IMG/VR virus record: IMGVR_UViG_3300049788_000021
Coordinates: 1-54,023 of that record
Strand: one strand, 5' to 3'
Length of the DNA stretch: 54,023 bases
Source of the DNA: a virus
Taxonomy: Duplodnaviria > Caudoviricetes
Position 1 is the stretch's first letter, and each line of letters starts with the position of its first letter. Below the pieces are notes generated by a model, which saw only the letters and a program-made list of their open reading frames with translations, had not been told where the DNA came from and ran no database searches. Of the stretch, positions 35,840 through 44,221 are shown one piece after another. The position numbers were made by a program, and so were the translations under genes.

Positions 35840-36237
35840 GCATTACGGTACGCAATCTTCGTGACGGCGAAGCGCTTCCGCAAGGACTGCACACTGGATT
35901 TGAGGAACTACAAGTTATGCCGTTGTGGTGCTGGATCGCGGAACAGGATAGCGAAGTGCTTGGTGTGCTCATGGGCGCACCGTGCCACGGACTGGTGTAC
36001 TTGCTGCGCTTGTGCGTGAAACCGGAATGCAAAACCAAAATTGTTCCCTTGCTGCTGCTGCGAGCGTTTCTGAGGGACTGTTTTGCGCGAGGGTTCAAGG
36101 CCTACTTCACGCATCTTGATCCCACCAGGGAATTGGAAGGTCGGCTGCTGGGTTTGTGTCGCGAAGCGCAAGGCGTGCAGGTTACCGTTCCGCAAGTAGC
36201 GGTAGTCGGTTTTCTGCACGACGCGGGGAGATACTGA
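35836..36237 (+). CDS. GNAT-fold-like protein (T7 gp13 position)
   Basis: CWIAEQDSEVLGVL..LLRLCV; sits between the nozzle and ejection genes. Confidence 0.55.
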   Translation: MSITVRNLRDGEALPQGLHTGFEELQVMPLWCWIAEQDSEVLGVLMGAPCHGLVYLLRLCVKPECKTKIVPLLLLRAFLRDCFARGFKAYFTHLDPTRELEGRLLGLCREAQGVQVTVPQVAVVGFLHDAGRY

Positions 36238-36734
36238 TGCCGCAAATGCTTCTGGCCGCGCTCCCGGCAATTATTGCGGCTGCTGGTACTGCGATAACTA
36301 TGTCGCAAATGGGAGGTGCGCCCAAAGCGCCGACACCCACGCCCACCGGACCTCCAACGCCAGCGGCACAGAAAATGTCCATGCAGCAACAGGCTGGGGC
36401 CATCGGCCAGCAGGAACCCAACGTGATCGCGCAGACTTCCGGGTTCACTAATCCGGAGTTTGTGGCGCAAATTTCCAACCTTCTTGCGGGAACTGCTGGT
36501 CAGCCGGGAGCGACCAGCGCTGCAAATATGGCCACCAACCAGACTTTTGGGCTTAATCCAGCGGTGGCGCGAGCCTTCGGCCTTAACGCCCCGGCCACCA
36601 CGGCCATGGGTGGCGGCGGCGGTGCGGCAACAACCCCCTTCACGCCAGCCGGGGCAACTGCCAATAATCCGGCATTGCTGCCGAACTCCCCAACAGCACT
36701 TTCTGATTTTGTGGACTCCTATTTTCGTGGGTGA
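36237..36734 (+). CDS. Putative internal virion/ejection protein
   Basis: A/G/Q-rich with a hydrophobic N-terminus; position. Confidence 0.55.
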   Translation: MPQMLLAALPAIIAAAGTAITMSQMGGAPKAPTPTPTGPPTPAAQKMSMQQQAGAIGQQEPNVIAQTSGFTNPEFVAQISNLLAGTAGQPGATSAANMATNQTFGLNPAVARAFGLNAPATTAMGGGGGAATTPFTPAGATANNPALLPNSPTALSDFVDSYFRG

Positions 36735-36737
36735 AGC

Positions 36738-37460
36738 ATGGCGGAACTAATTGGAACCATTGCATCGACGGTAAGCAAGCTTCCTTGGGGCAACATCCTC
36801 AAAGGTGCCGAAGGCGGCATGGCTGGCGCTGGACTTATCGGAAACCTGCTAACCGCTAAAAAGCGCTCCGATGAACTCAACTATCTGAAACAGCAACAAG
36901 CTGCGCTGCAAGACCCTACAAAACTTGCCGCACAAGTGAGAGCAGCAACGCAACCATTAAATTTGGGATTAACCGAAGCGGTAGGAAATCAGGTAAGCGC
37001 CAGCCTCGCGGAGCAGGGCCTTTCGCAAGCACCAGGGATACAAGCAACAGTGTTGGGGCAAGCCTTGGCACCATTCCAGCAGCAGAACCAGGAAACCGCG
37101 TTGCGACTGGTCATGGAGCGTTTGGGGTTGCCGCTGCAATATGCGCAAGCCTACTTGCAGGGTTTGCCGCAGCCGACCAATCTCGCCCCGCTCATGTGGT
37201 TGTTGCAGCAGCCGAAGGGTGGTGCTATGGGGGGCGGCGGCGGGACCACTGCCGCAGGTACACCACCCTTTGTTGGGCCGATGCCATTTGATTATTCCGG
37301 TGGCTATCCTTCGGTGTGGAACCCCCCTGCCGGACCAACTTCCACTGGTGATTTTGGCTTCCCTGGAACTTCTACTGGTGGCTTCCCTGCTGTTGCAGGT
37401 CCCTCATCGACAGATTACACAGGTTTCCCGACCTGGGATGTTCCTTCGTTCGGCGGGTGA
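36738..37460 (+). CDS. Putative internal virion/ejection protein
   Basis: G/A/Q-rich with an N-terminal GGMAGAGLIG segment. Confidence 0.55.
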   Translation: MAELIGTIASTVSKLPWGNILKGAEGGMAGAGLIGNLLTAKKRSDELNYLKQQQAALQDPTKLAAQVRAATQPLNLGLTEAVGNQVSASLAEQGLSQAPGIQATVLGQALAPFQQQNQETALRLVMERLGLPLQYAQAYLQGLPQPTNLAPLMWLLQQPKGGAMGGGGGTTAAGTPPFVGPMPFDYSGGYPSVWNPPAGPTSTGDFGFPGTSTGGFPAVAGPSSTDYTGFPTWDVPSFGG

Positions 37461-37463
37461 TAA

Positions 37464-38678
37464 ATGGCTTGGCTTGGATTAGGACTGGGACAGTTTGGCT
37501 CGCAACTGGGCGAGGCCAAGTTTCTTGGCCAGGAGTACAAACAGCGCGAACAGTTGATGCGCGAACGCGAGCAGCAAATGGCTCTGGAGCGTGCGCGTCA
37601 AAAGCAAGCAGAGATGATGCTGCCTCTGCAAATGCTGCTGCTGCGCCAACAGACCGAAGCCTTCAACCGACCGCATTTTCTGGGCACCGTGGGGACCTTG
37701 GGGGGTGGCACGCGAGCGCTGTTGCAGCAGCCGCGAGGGGAACTCACTACTCAGGATGTTGCTGCCGGGATGAACCCCCTGGTCGCCAAAGCGCAAATCG
37801 GAAAGATGATTAGTGAAGTGCCTCAACCTGAGTACAAAAATGCCTTCCAAGCCATTTCTGACTCCATAGATGCTGGCGTCGATCCACTGACGGCGTTGCA
37901 GCATGCCGACACTTTGTTTAGCACCATAGCGGGAAAAGAAGCAGTCCCGAAGAAAGCAGAAATCAAAGCGGTCCCTGGCGGATATGCCTATGAAGTTACC
38001 GACGCACAGGGGAAAAGCTGGAACCCTAGTGATCCACAACTGCCACCAGAGCTAAAAGCGTTGGTGGACAACTACAACAGTGGAGTTGATACAGCGCGAG
38101 AACACCAAGCAGAAGTCGAAGCCCGTAAAAACACCGAAGCACTCAATCGCGCCATGACTTTGCAGGATCATGGGGCCATCATTGCTGCGCGGAAATCCAT
38201 CGAAAAAACCATGGAACGCGGTGTTGCTGGTCATAGTTTTGTTACTACCATCAAAAATATGGTGGAGGAAGCACGCAAAACCCACGGACAGAGCGGTACG
38301 ACTTCCGGAGATTTACTGATAATCGAGGGCTACATGCAAACCATGTTTGGCATCGACCCTCGTGCGCTACGTGGTTCGCCAAAGATGGTGGAGTTCACCC
38401 TTAAGGAAGGTGGCGTGGACGACCGCACTATCGCGTGGTGGAACACCATCAAGTCTGGTGGCAGGTTGGATCAACCTGTGCGCGAGGAAATCTTGCGCAA
38501 CTCACTCATCCAAATCCAGTCATGGGATCAAGCGGTGCGCGACAACGTTCAACTGGTCGATGATCCGGTGATGAAACAGCGTATGAGCCGCTACGTAAAT
38601 ATGTATCCGCCAGCAGCGGAACCCAACAACGATTTGAGTGATTTGGGCGGGAAAAAGGTAAAGCCGCCAGGACAATGA
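37464..38678 (+). CDS. Putative internal virion/ejection protein
   Basis: GLGLGQFG N-terminus followed by a coiled coil. Confidence 0.55.
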   Translation: MAWLGLGLGQFGSQLGEAKFLGQEYKQREQLMREREQQMALERARQKQAEMMLPLQMLLLRQQTEAFNRPHFLGTVGTLGGGTRALLQQPRGELTTQDVAAGMNPLVAKAQIGKMISEVPQPEYKNAFQAISDSIDAGVDPLTALQHADTLFSTIAGKEAVPKKAEIKAVPGGYAYEVTDAQGKSWNPSDPQLPPELKALVDNYNSGVDTAREHQAEVEARKNTEALNRAMTLQDHGAIIAARKSIEKTMERGVAGHSFVTTIKNMVEEARKTHGQSGTTSGDLLIIEGYMQTMFGIDPRALRGSPKMVEFTLKEGGVDDRTIAWWNTIKSGGRLDQPVREEILRNSLIQIQSWDQAVRDNVQLVDDPVMKQRMSRYVNMYPPAAEPNNDLSDLGGKKVKPPGQ

Positions 38679-40996
38679 GCAACGGTGAAGACACAATCCG
38701 GGTACGCACCACCGATGGTCAGGAATGGGACATTCCCCGCCAGCAACTTCCCGCTGCAAAAGCGCGTGGCGCTGTGGAAGTCAGCACTCGTCCGTCGTTA
38801 TGGCAAGCCGCGACCACGCCCATGGGCCGCAATATAGCGGAGCAAATACGCCAGGACATTGCCACCCAAGCATCGTACTTACCTGAACCAATCAGGGGGC
38901 CAGCGGCAATGTTTGGAACTGCCGTTGCCGCTCCATTCACCTCTATAGCCGAAGCGGGACGCCGCATGATGACCTCACCAGTTGGTGTGGCCACTGCGGG
39001 CGCAGGAGCAGCGATGCAAATGCTTCGCGCCGCCCCTGGTGCTTCACCGCTTTTGAAGGCTGGTGTGGGGGCGCTTGAAACGACCGCAGCAGGAGCATTT
39101 GGCACTCAAGGCATCATGGATATGCTTGCGCCTGGACAGCCGAATGAAACTTGGGAGGAGGCCTTTGAACGGCGCATGAGCGGTGCTGGTTCAGCATTAT
39201 TTGGTCTTGCTGGTGTTGGCCATGCGGTCGGGCCACCACTTCAGAAACATGCCTGGATCGTTGGGCGAGAAATAATGAATGTTCCGCAACGAAGGCTGGA
39301 AGCCGATATTTCCGCGCATCAAGAGAAAGTAGAGAAAGCCCAGGAGAAATATCAGCTTGCCTTTGAAACGTGGCAAAACAAAATAGATCAAATCAACGAA
39401 GCCAACCGCAATATTGATGAGACGCACCAACAAAACGTGCAGGAAACAGGTCGCCTCAACGATGAAGCAATCTTGAAGCACAAGGTCGCCAAGGAACAGG
39501 CACTGGATGCCTACCAAAAAGAGTTGGTGGCTTATCTCGAAAAAATCCGTAGCGCCTCACAGGAAATGAGCGAGGCGGAAGTGCGCAAAAAAACCTTGCG
39601 CGAGCATAAACCGGGAGGGCCAGTTCGCCAATATCTGAACCAGTGGGCCGATACCTTGGTAGACAAGCTGGTTCCTAATCTGCGGCAAGCCATCCGTACC
39701 AACTACAACGCACGTTGGAACGCGTGGCGTATGACCATGGGCGATGCCGTAGTGGATATACGTCCAGTTCAGGAAGCCATTGAGCATGCCCGTGACAACA
39801 TTCTCAAGGGATCACCGGAAAATATCCGTATTTTCGATCACATTATGGCCGAAGGCGAACCGGAAGAAGAGTCGCCCCTGGAACAAGCCAGCGTTTTTCG
39901 CACCAGTGGTCCATCCGTCGATATTAAGGAGTTTACCCGCACAGGTGGCGCTCTTGCGGAGGGCCGTCCCGGTGCTGAACATCTGCGCTCAGAACTACAA
40001 AAATTGATCGAAGCAGTAGCGCAAACCAGCGGACAAGCCCCGCCGACTGGTCCGATAGAAATCCCTGTTGACGATCTTCGCGGGTACATCACCGAACTGC
40101 AACGCAAAATGTATCAAGGCACGTTCACCGGAGACGTGTACCGCGCACTGGACCACGTTTATAAGACTGCGGATGGCATTGTGACCGAAGCGGCCACGGC
40201 AAAAGGCACGCTGCCAATGTACAAAAGTCTGAAAGCCGATTGGACACAGTTCATGCGCGATTTTTACGACAAAAGTGCTCCGCTGCGCATGCTTAAAAAC
40301 CGCGTGAATGCCGACAAGCGAGTGGATGCGGTGACGGGCGACGATAGCGCCAGGATCATGCAAGCGTTGGGACGTTATGCGCGGTTTGACACCCCTACAA
40401 GGGTAGAAATACAGGGGCGACCGGAAACGGCAACGGTCATCCAAATGGCAGGGCGCATTCTGGATATGGACTCCAGGCTGCGCAGCTTTGCCACTTCCGC
40501 GAGACTTCCGGAAGCACCACCGGAACGGCCCACCATGCCGAAACCACCAAAGTTACGTGAAGTTCCGGAACGTAAGCCCTACAAAGAAGCACCTGAAAAA
40601 CCAACGGAAGAAAAGGTGGCACCGTTTGACATACCTGCTTGGGTGGCCAAGCGTGTCAATGCTCGTGCCGAAAAACTAGGTATGGCTGGTCATACTTTGG
40701 TGAGTTACTGGATCATCCGTGATATTTTCCACGGTCAGGTGCCATCACCGCAATTGATTGCCAGCCCTTTTGTGCAAGTGATGATTATGCGTTACCTGCA
40801 AAGTCCCGGTTTTGTCAACCGCATCACTCGCGGCGTAATGAGCGACCTGCCACCGGAACAGCAAGTGCGCCCAGGTGCAGCGGCACAACAACCACCGGGA
40901 GCAGCAGGAGTAAGACCAATCACACCAGAAGAGGCGGATCGTCGTTTGCGAGACGCCATAAAAACGGTGCAAGAAGGCACTGACTGGTGGAAGTGA
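38675..40996 (+). CDS. Large internal virion/ejection protein
   Basis: Ala/Gly-rich segments and coiled coil; position. Confidence 0.55.
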   Translation: MSNGEDTIRVRTTDGQEWDIPRQQLPAAKARGAVEVSTRPSLWQAATTPMGRNIAEQIRQDIATQASYLPEPIRGPAAMFGTAVAAPFTSIAEAGRRMMTSPVGVATAGAGAAMQMLRAAPGASPLLKAGVGALETTAAGAFGTQGIMDMLAPGQPNETWEEAFERRMSGAGSALFGLAGVGHAVGPPLQKHAWIVGREIMNVPQRRLEADISAHQEKVEKAQEKYQLAFETWQNKIDQINEANRNIDETHQQNVQETGRLNDEAILKHKVAKEQALDAYQKELVAYLEKIRSASQEMSEAEVRKKTLREHKPGGPVRQYLNQWADTLVDKLVPNLRQAIRTNYNARWNAWRMTMGDAVVDIRPVQEAIEHARDNILKGSPENIRIFDHIMAEGEPEEESPLEQASVFRTSGPSVDIKEFTRTGGALAEGRPGAEHLRSELQKLIEAVAQTSGQAPPTGPIEIPVDDLRGYITELQRKMYQGTFTGDVYRALDHVYKTADGIVTEAATAKGTLPMYKSLKADWTQFMRDFYDKSAPLRMLKNRVNADKRVDAVTGDDSARIMQALGRYARFDTPTRVEIQGRPETATVIQMAGRILDMDSRLRSFATSARLPEAPPERPTMPKPPKLREVPERKPYKEAPEKPTEEKVAPFDIPAWVAKRVNARAEKLGMAGHTLVSYWIIRDIFHGQVPSPQLIASPFVQVMIMRYLQSPGFVNRITRGVMSDLPPEQQVRPGAAAQQPPGAAGVRPITPEEADRRLRDAIKTVQEGTDWWK

Positions 40997-41003
40997 GGAG
41001 CAC

Positions 41004-41216
41004 ATGGCCAAAAATCCTGAAAGCGTAAACATCAAAACGGAAGAACTGATTAGCGAGGGCGACGATCCCAAGCAAGCCTACGCCATTGCTAAAAACATGC
41101 AGCGGCGCGGTCGCCTTACGAAGAAGGGCGGTCACGTCGGCGGAAGGCGCGGCAAGCGCGTCACTCGCGGCGGGAAAAGAGTGACGCTGCGCAAAGGTTT
41201 CCGCAGGAGGAAGTGA
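41004..41216 (+). CDS. Small, very basic protein
   Basis: GAGGAG SD; ELISEG..PKQAYAIA followed by an Arg/Lys/Gly tail. Confidence 0.7.
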   Translation: MAKNPESVNIKTEELISEGDDPKQAYAIAKNMQRRGRLTKKGGHVGGRRGKRVTRGGKRVTLRKGFRRRK

Positions 41217-41269
41217 ATAGTTTTGCGGCATCGTCCGCGCCCGAATGGAAGGAACTCTACGAGGGACTA

Positions 41270-42742
41270 ATGCCACTGGTCAGCCTAGGTAAAGTCGTTG
41301 TGCTCACTGCGGGAACACCTGTGCCATTACTTCCGACACTGTTTCAGCGACTTGCCATAGATAATTTCACACGAGCTAATGAAAATCCTCTGAGTCAGAA
41401 TGGTGCTTGGACCAAGATAGTGCCATGGGGCGCGGAACAAGTTGTATCCAACAGTTGTCAGGGCACCATCAACGGAAACTGTGGTGCCGTCTATACCGGG
41501 GCAAAATTTCCGAATGACCAATATTGCGAACTTACCATCGGGGCGACGTTTGGTGTCGGAGCAGTACTGGGCTTATTGGTGCGTTGCACGGCTGGTGGAA
41601 ACTGCTACGGATATTTTGTCACTGGGCCAGCGGGGTCCGCAAATAATGTTTACGCAAATTATGTTTTGAATGGAACCGGATTTGCGCTAGGTTCAGCGTT
41701 CACGCTTACGCCTCATATTGGAGATGTTTTCCGTTTGTTAGTCATGGGTGTTTCACCTGCAACTCTGTATTTCTATCAGAACGGTACGCTTGTAGATGTG
41801 CGCAGTGACTCAACCGCTAATTTAGCCTCTGGCATTCCGGGCATTAATGTTGAGGGTGGTGCGGGAGGAAATGCTAATTCCCAAGCCTCGTTATTTGCCG
41901 CAGGTGGAACTCCTGTCTCAGTAAATGCCAATAAAGTGTACTTTACTACGTTGAGCGGTCAAGTAGGACAGCAGATGTACGTTCTGAAGGCTGGTGCAGT
42001 TTATAACCAACTTGCTGCCGATACTTTTACTAGAGCTAATGAAAATCCGTTGAACCCTGCGTTGTGGACCACACTGGTATCTGGAACGACGACACCCCTG
42101 CAAGTCGTAAGCAATCTCTGCGAAGGGACCAACGTTGCTAGTGGTCTAAACATGGAAATTTATACTGGCGTGAGTTGGCCCAGTGACCAGTATGCGGAGG
42201 TGATAGTAAACACGGCTATCGACGCCAGTAATGCACTTGGTCCGATTTGCCGTGGAGTTTTGGGAGTGCAAACTTTTTACTACTTTCAAATTGGTGGACC
42301 ACTTGGTGCAAGTGCTACCGTAAAAATGTTCAAGGTTGTAAGTGGAGCAACTACCCAACTTGGGTCAACAGTTACTATGACAATCAACTCTGGCGCAGTG
42401 GCAAGACTTGAAGTTCAAGGTACTTCTCTTGTGGGTAAAGTTAATGGAGTCGGCGTCATAACGGTGACCGATAGCAGCATAGCATCTGGTACTCCGGGTT
42501 TGTGGATACAATGTGCGGTCGCACTTGGAAATAGCATTGCTGGTGCTTGGGATGCCGGAAGCATTTCTGGTAGCACCATTCTTAAAGTTGGTCAAGAACT
42601 GAAGGTTTTGCAGAAGCCCACAGGTGGTCAATCTGACTCATGGGTGTTGCAAGGCAGAGGCCAAGCGCTCATCGACCTGAGCACGATTTATATCGACGCC
42701 GATACCAGCGGTGACGGGATTTTGGTTTCCGCTCTGATTTGA
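41270..42742 (+). CDS. Virion beta-protein: core domain with two inserted lectin-like repeats
   Basis: Two D.FTRANENPL...W...P.DQY.E repeats interrupt a core homologous to 43673..43996. Confidence 0.65.
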   Translation: MPLVSLGKVVVLTAGTPVPLLPTLFQRLAIDNFTRANENPLSQNGAWTKIVPWGAEQVVSNSCQGTINGNCGAVYTGAKFPNDQYCELTIGATFGVGAVLGLLVRCTAGGNCYGYFVTGPAGSANNVYANYVLNGTGFALGSAFTLTPHIGDVFRLLVMGVSPATLYFYQNGTLVDVRSDSTANLASGIPGINVEGGAGGNANSQASLFAAGGTPVSVNANKVYFTTLSGQVGQQMYVLKAGAVYNQLAADTFTRANENPLNPALWTTLVSGTTTPLQVVSNLCEGTNVASGLNMEIYTGVSWPSDQYAEVIVNTAIDASNALGPICRGVLGVQTFYYFQIGGPLGASATVKMFKVVSGATTQLGSTVTMTINSGAVARLEVQGTSLVGKVNGVGVITVTDSSIASGTPGLWIQCAVALGNSIAGAWDAGSISGSTILKVGQELKVLQKPTGGQSDSWVLQGRGQALIDLSTIYIDADTSGDGILVSALI

Positions 42743-42745
42743 GGA

Positions 42746-43663
42746 TTGATGGCCACACTTTTAGCATCGGACAACTTTGCTTCAGGCTCGCTTGCTGCCG
42801 GATGGGGCACCATGCCTATATTTCCCAGTGGCATGTGCCAAGTTGTGAACGCACCGCCGATGGTTACTGAAGCAAAGGTGCTTTCAACAAGCTACGGCCA
42901 GATGTGGACTGGCCTTACTTGGCCGAATGACCAAATCTGCGAAGTGACAATTCAGGCATTCACGTTGGCCGATGCCAATAACAGTATCTATCTATTGGTG
43001 CGTGCGCAGAATGCAACGGACAGTAGCTACTTGGCAAATTTCTACAGCAGCGGCGGAACGTCTTGGTCCTTAGTTCTGACCCGACGCGACAATGGCGCAG
43101 TCACAACGCTTGCGGGACCCATTACCTTAGCGGCAATTTCATCTGGCGATGTTTTGCGGTTGGCAGCAACAGGCGCTAACCTGCATGTCTATCAGAATGG
43201 TGTGCGCTTGGCTTATGCTGCAGATGCGACGTATGCGAGTGGCACACCGGCATTTGGACAGTACACGACAACCGCTCTGACCCACAATCAAATTTCTTCT
43301 TGGCGCGGGTACAGTGGTGTGCTTCAACCTGTCGGGTCAGGACTGGTTAGTTTGGGCAAAATCATTGTTTTTGCGGCGGGAACGCCTGTACCTGTTTCTG
43401 CAGTGCCGTTCAACTGTAATACCGCATATTTCACGACCCTTAACGGACAATCGGGGCAGCAAATGTACATCGGGATTGCTGGACTGACCAAAGCAACGCT
43501 CGCTGGGGCATTAAAAGTTTTGCAGAAGCCTTTGGCGACCCCTGCTACTGAGGACACATGGGTGTTAACCCATAGTGCAGCGCAGGGCGCGATTGATTTG
43601 AACAAGATTTTTATTGATGCCGACACCAGCGGTGACGCTTTGCTTGTTTCTGCGGAAGTCTGA
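42746..43663 (+). CDS. Virion beta-protein: one lectin-like repeat plus the core domain
   Basis: SDNF...WPNDQICE repeat, then the LVSLGKIIV..AGTPVP...IDADTSGD core. Confidence 0.65.
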   Translation: MMATLLASDNFASGSLAAGWGTMPIFPSGMCQVVNAPPMVTEAKVLSTSYGQMWTGLTWPNDQICEVTIQAFTLADANNSIYLLVRAQNATDSSYLANFYSSGGTSWSLVLTRRDNGAVTTLAGPITLAAISSGDVLRLAATGANLHVYQNGVRLAYAADATYASGTPAFGQYTTTALTHNQISSWRGYSGVLQPVGSGLVSLGKIIVFAAGTPVPVSAVPFNCNTAYFTTLNGQSGQQMYIGIAGLTKATLAGALKVLQKPLATPATEDTWVLTHSAAQGAIDLNKIFIDADTSGDALLVSAEV

Positions 43664-43672
43664 GGAGGAGCC

Positions 43673-43996
43673 ATGGTTGGCACACTTGGAAAAATAGTAG
43701 TGGTCACGGCAGGAACACCCGTACGCTGTATTGCCACCTCGCTCAACGTGAACACCGTGTATTTTTCCGCTGTCTCCGGTCAGGTGGGCCAGCAAATGTA
43801 TATCGGTTTGGTGAACATGGTGAAAGCAACTTTGGTTGGCGTGCTGAAGATTGTGCAGAAGCCTTTGGCCACACCAACAACCCTGGATAGTTGGCCAGTC
43901 CAGCACAGTGTGGCACCCGCAGGGATTGATTTGAGTGCCGTCTGGATTGATGCCGACAGCAATGGCGACGGACTTCTGGTGAGCTACGTGATATGA
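43673..43996 (+). CDS. Stand-alone core-domain virion protein
   Basis: LGKIVVVTAGTPV...GQVGQQMYIG...LKIVQKP...IDADSNGDGLLVS. Confidence 0.65.
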   Translation: MVGTLGKIVVVTAGTPVRCIATSLNVNTVYFSAVSGQVGQQMYIGLVNMVKATLVGVLKIVQKPLATPTTLDSWPVQHSVAPAGIDLSAVWIDADSNGDGLLVSYVI

Positions 43997-44163
43997 AATG
44001 GCTGGCTGAGAACGCCGGGACCTTACTGCTTGGGACGTTGGTTCTTGGGCTGATTTTTGTTGGGCTGTTTGTCCGTCCCGATCCCGATACGCGCCTGTGC
44101 GACATTCAGTGCAACACCGCGCAGTGTGCGTGCGTGCGCACCTGCCCAAGCCACCGCAATTAA
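43993..44163 (+). CDS. 56-aa membrane protein with a Cys-rich tail (not in the ORF track)
   Basis: MKWLAENAGTLLLGTLVLGLIFVGLFVRPDPDTRLCDIQCNTAQCACVRTCPSHRN; ATGA overlap. Confidence 0.6.
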   Translation: MKWLAENAGTLLLGTLVLGLIFVGLFVRPDPDTRLCDIQCNTAQCACVRTCPSHRN

Positions 44164-44175
44164 GTTGGGCAGCGG
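44160..44175 (+). promoter_or_regulatory. Late-module motif, copy 3
   Basis: TTAAGTTGGGCAGCGG before the fibre-like genes. Confidence 0.65.
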
Positions 44176-44221
44176 CAAGTAACCCCTGTGGTATGCGTGT
44201 CCTGGTTGCCATCCTTGGGCC

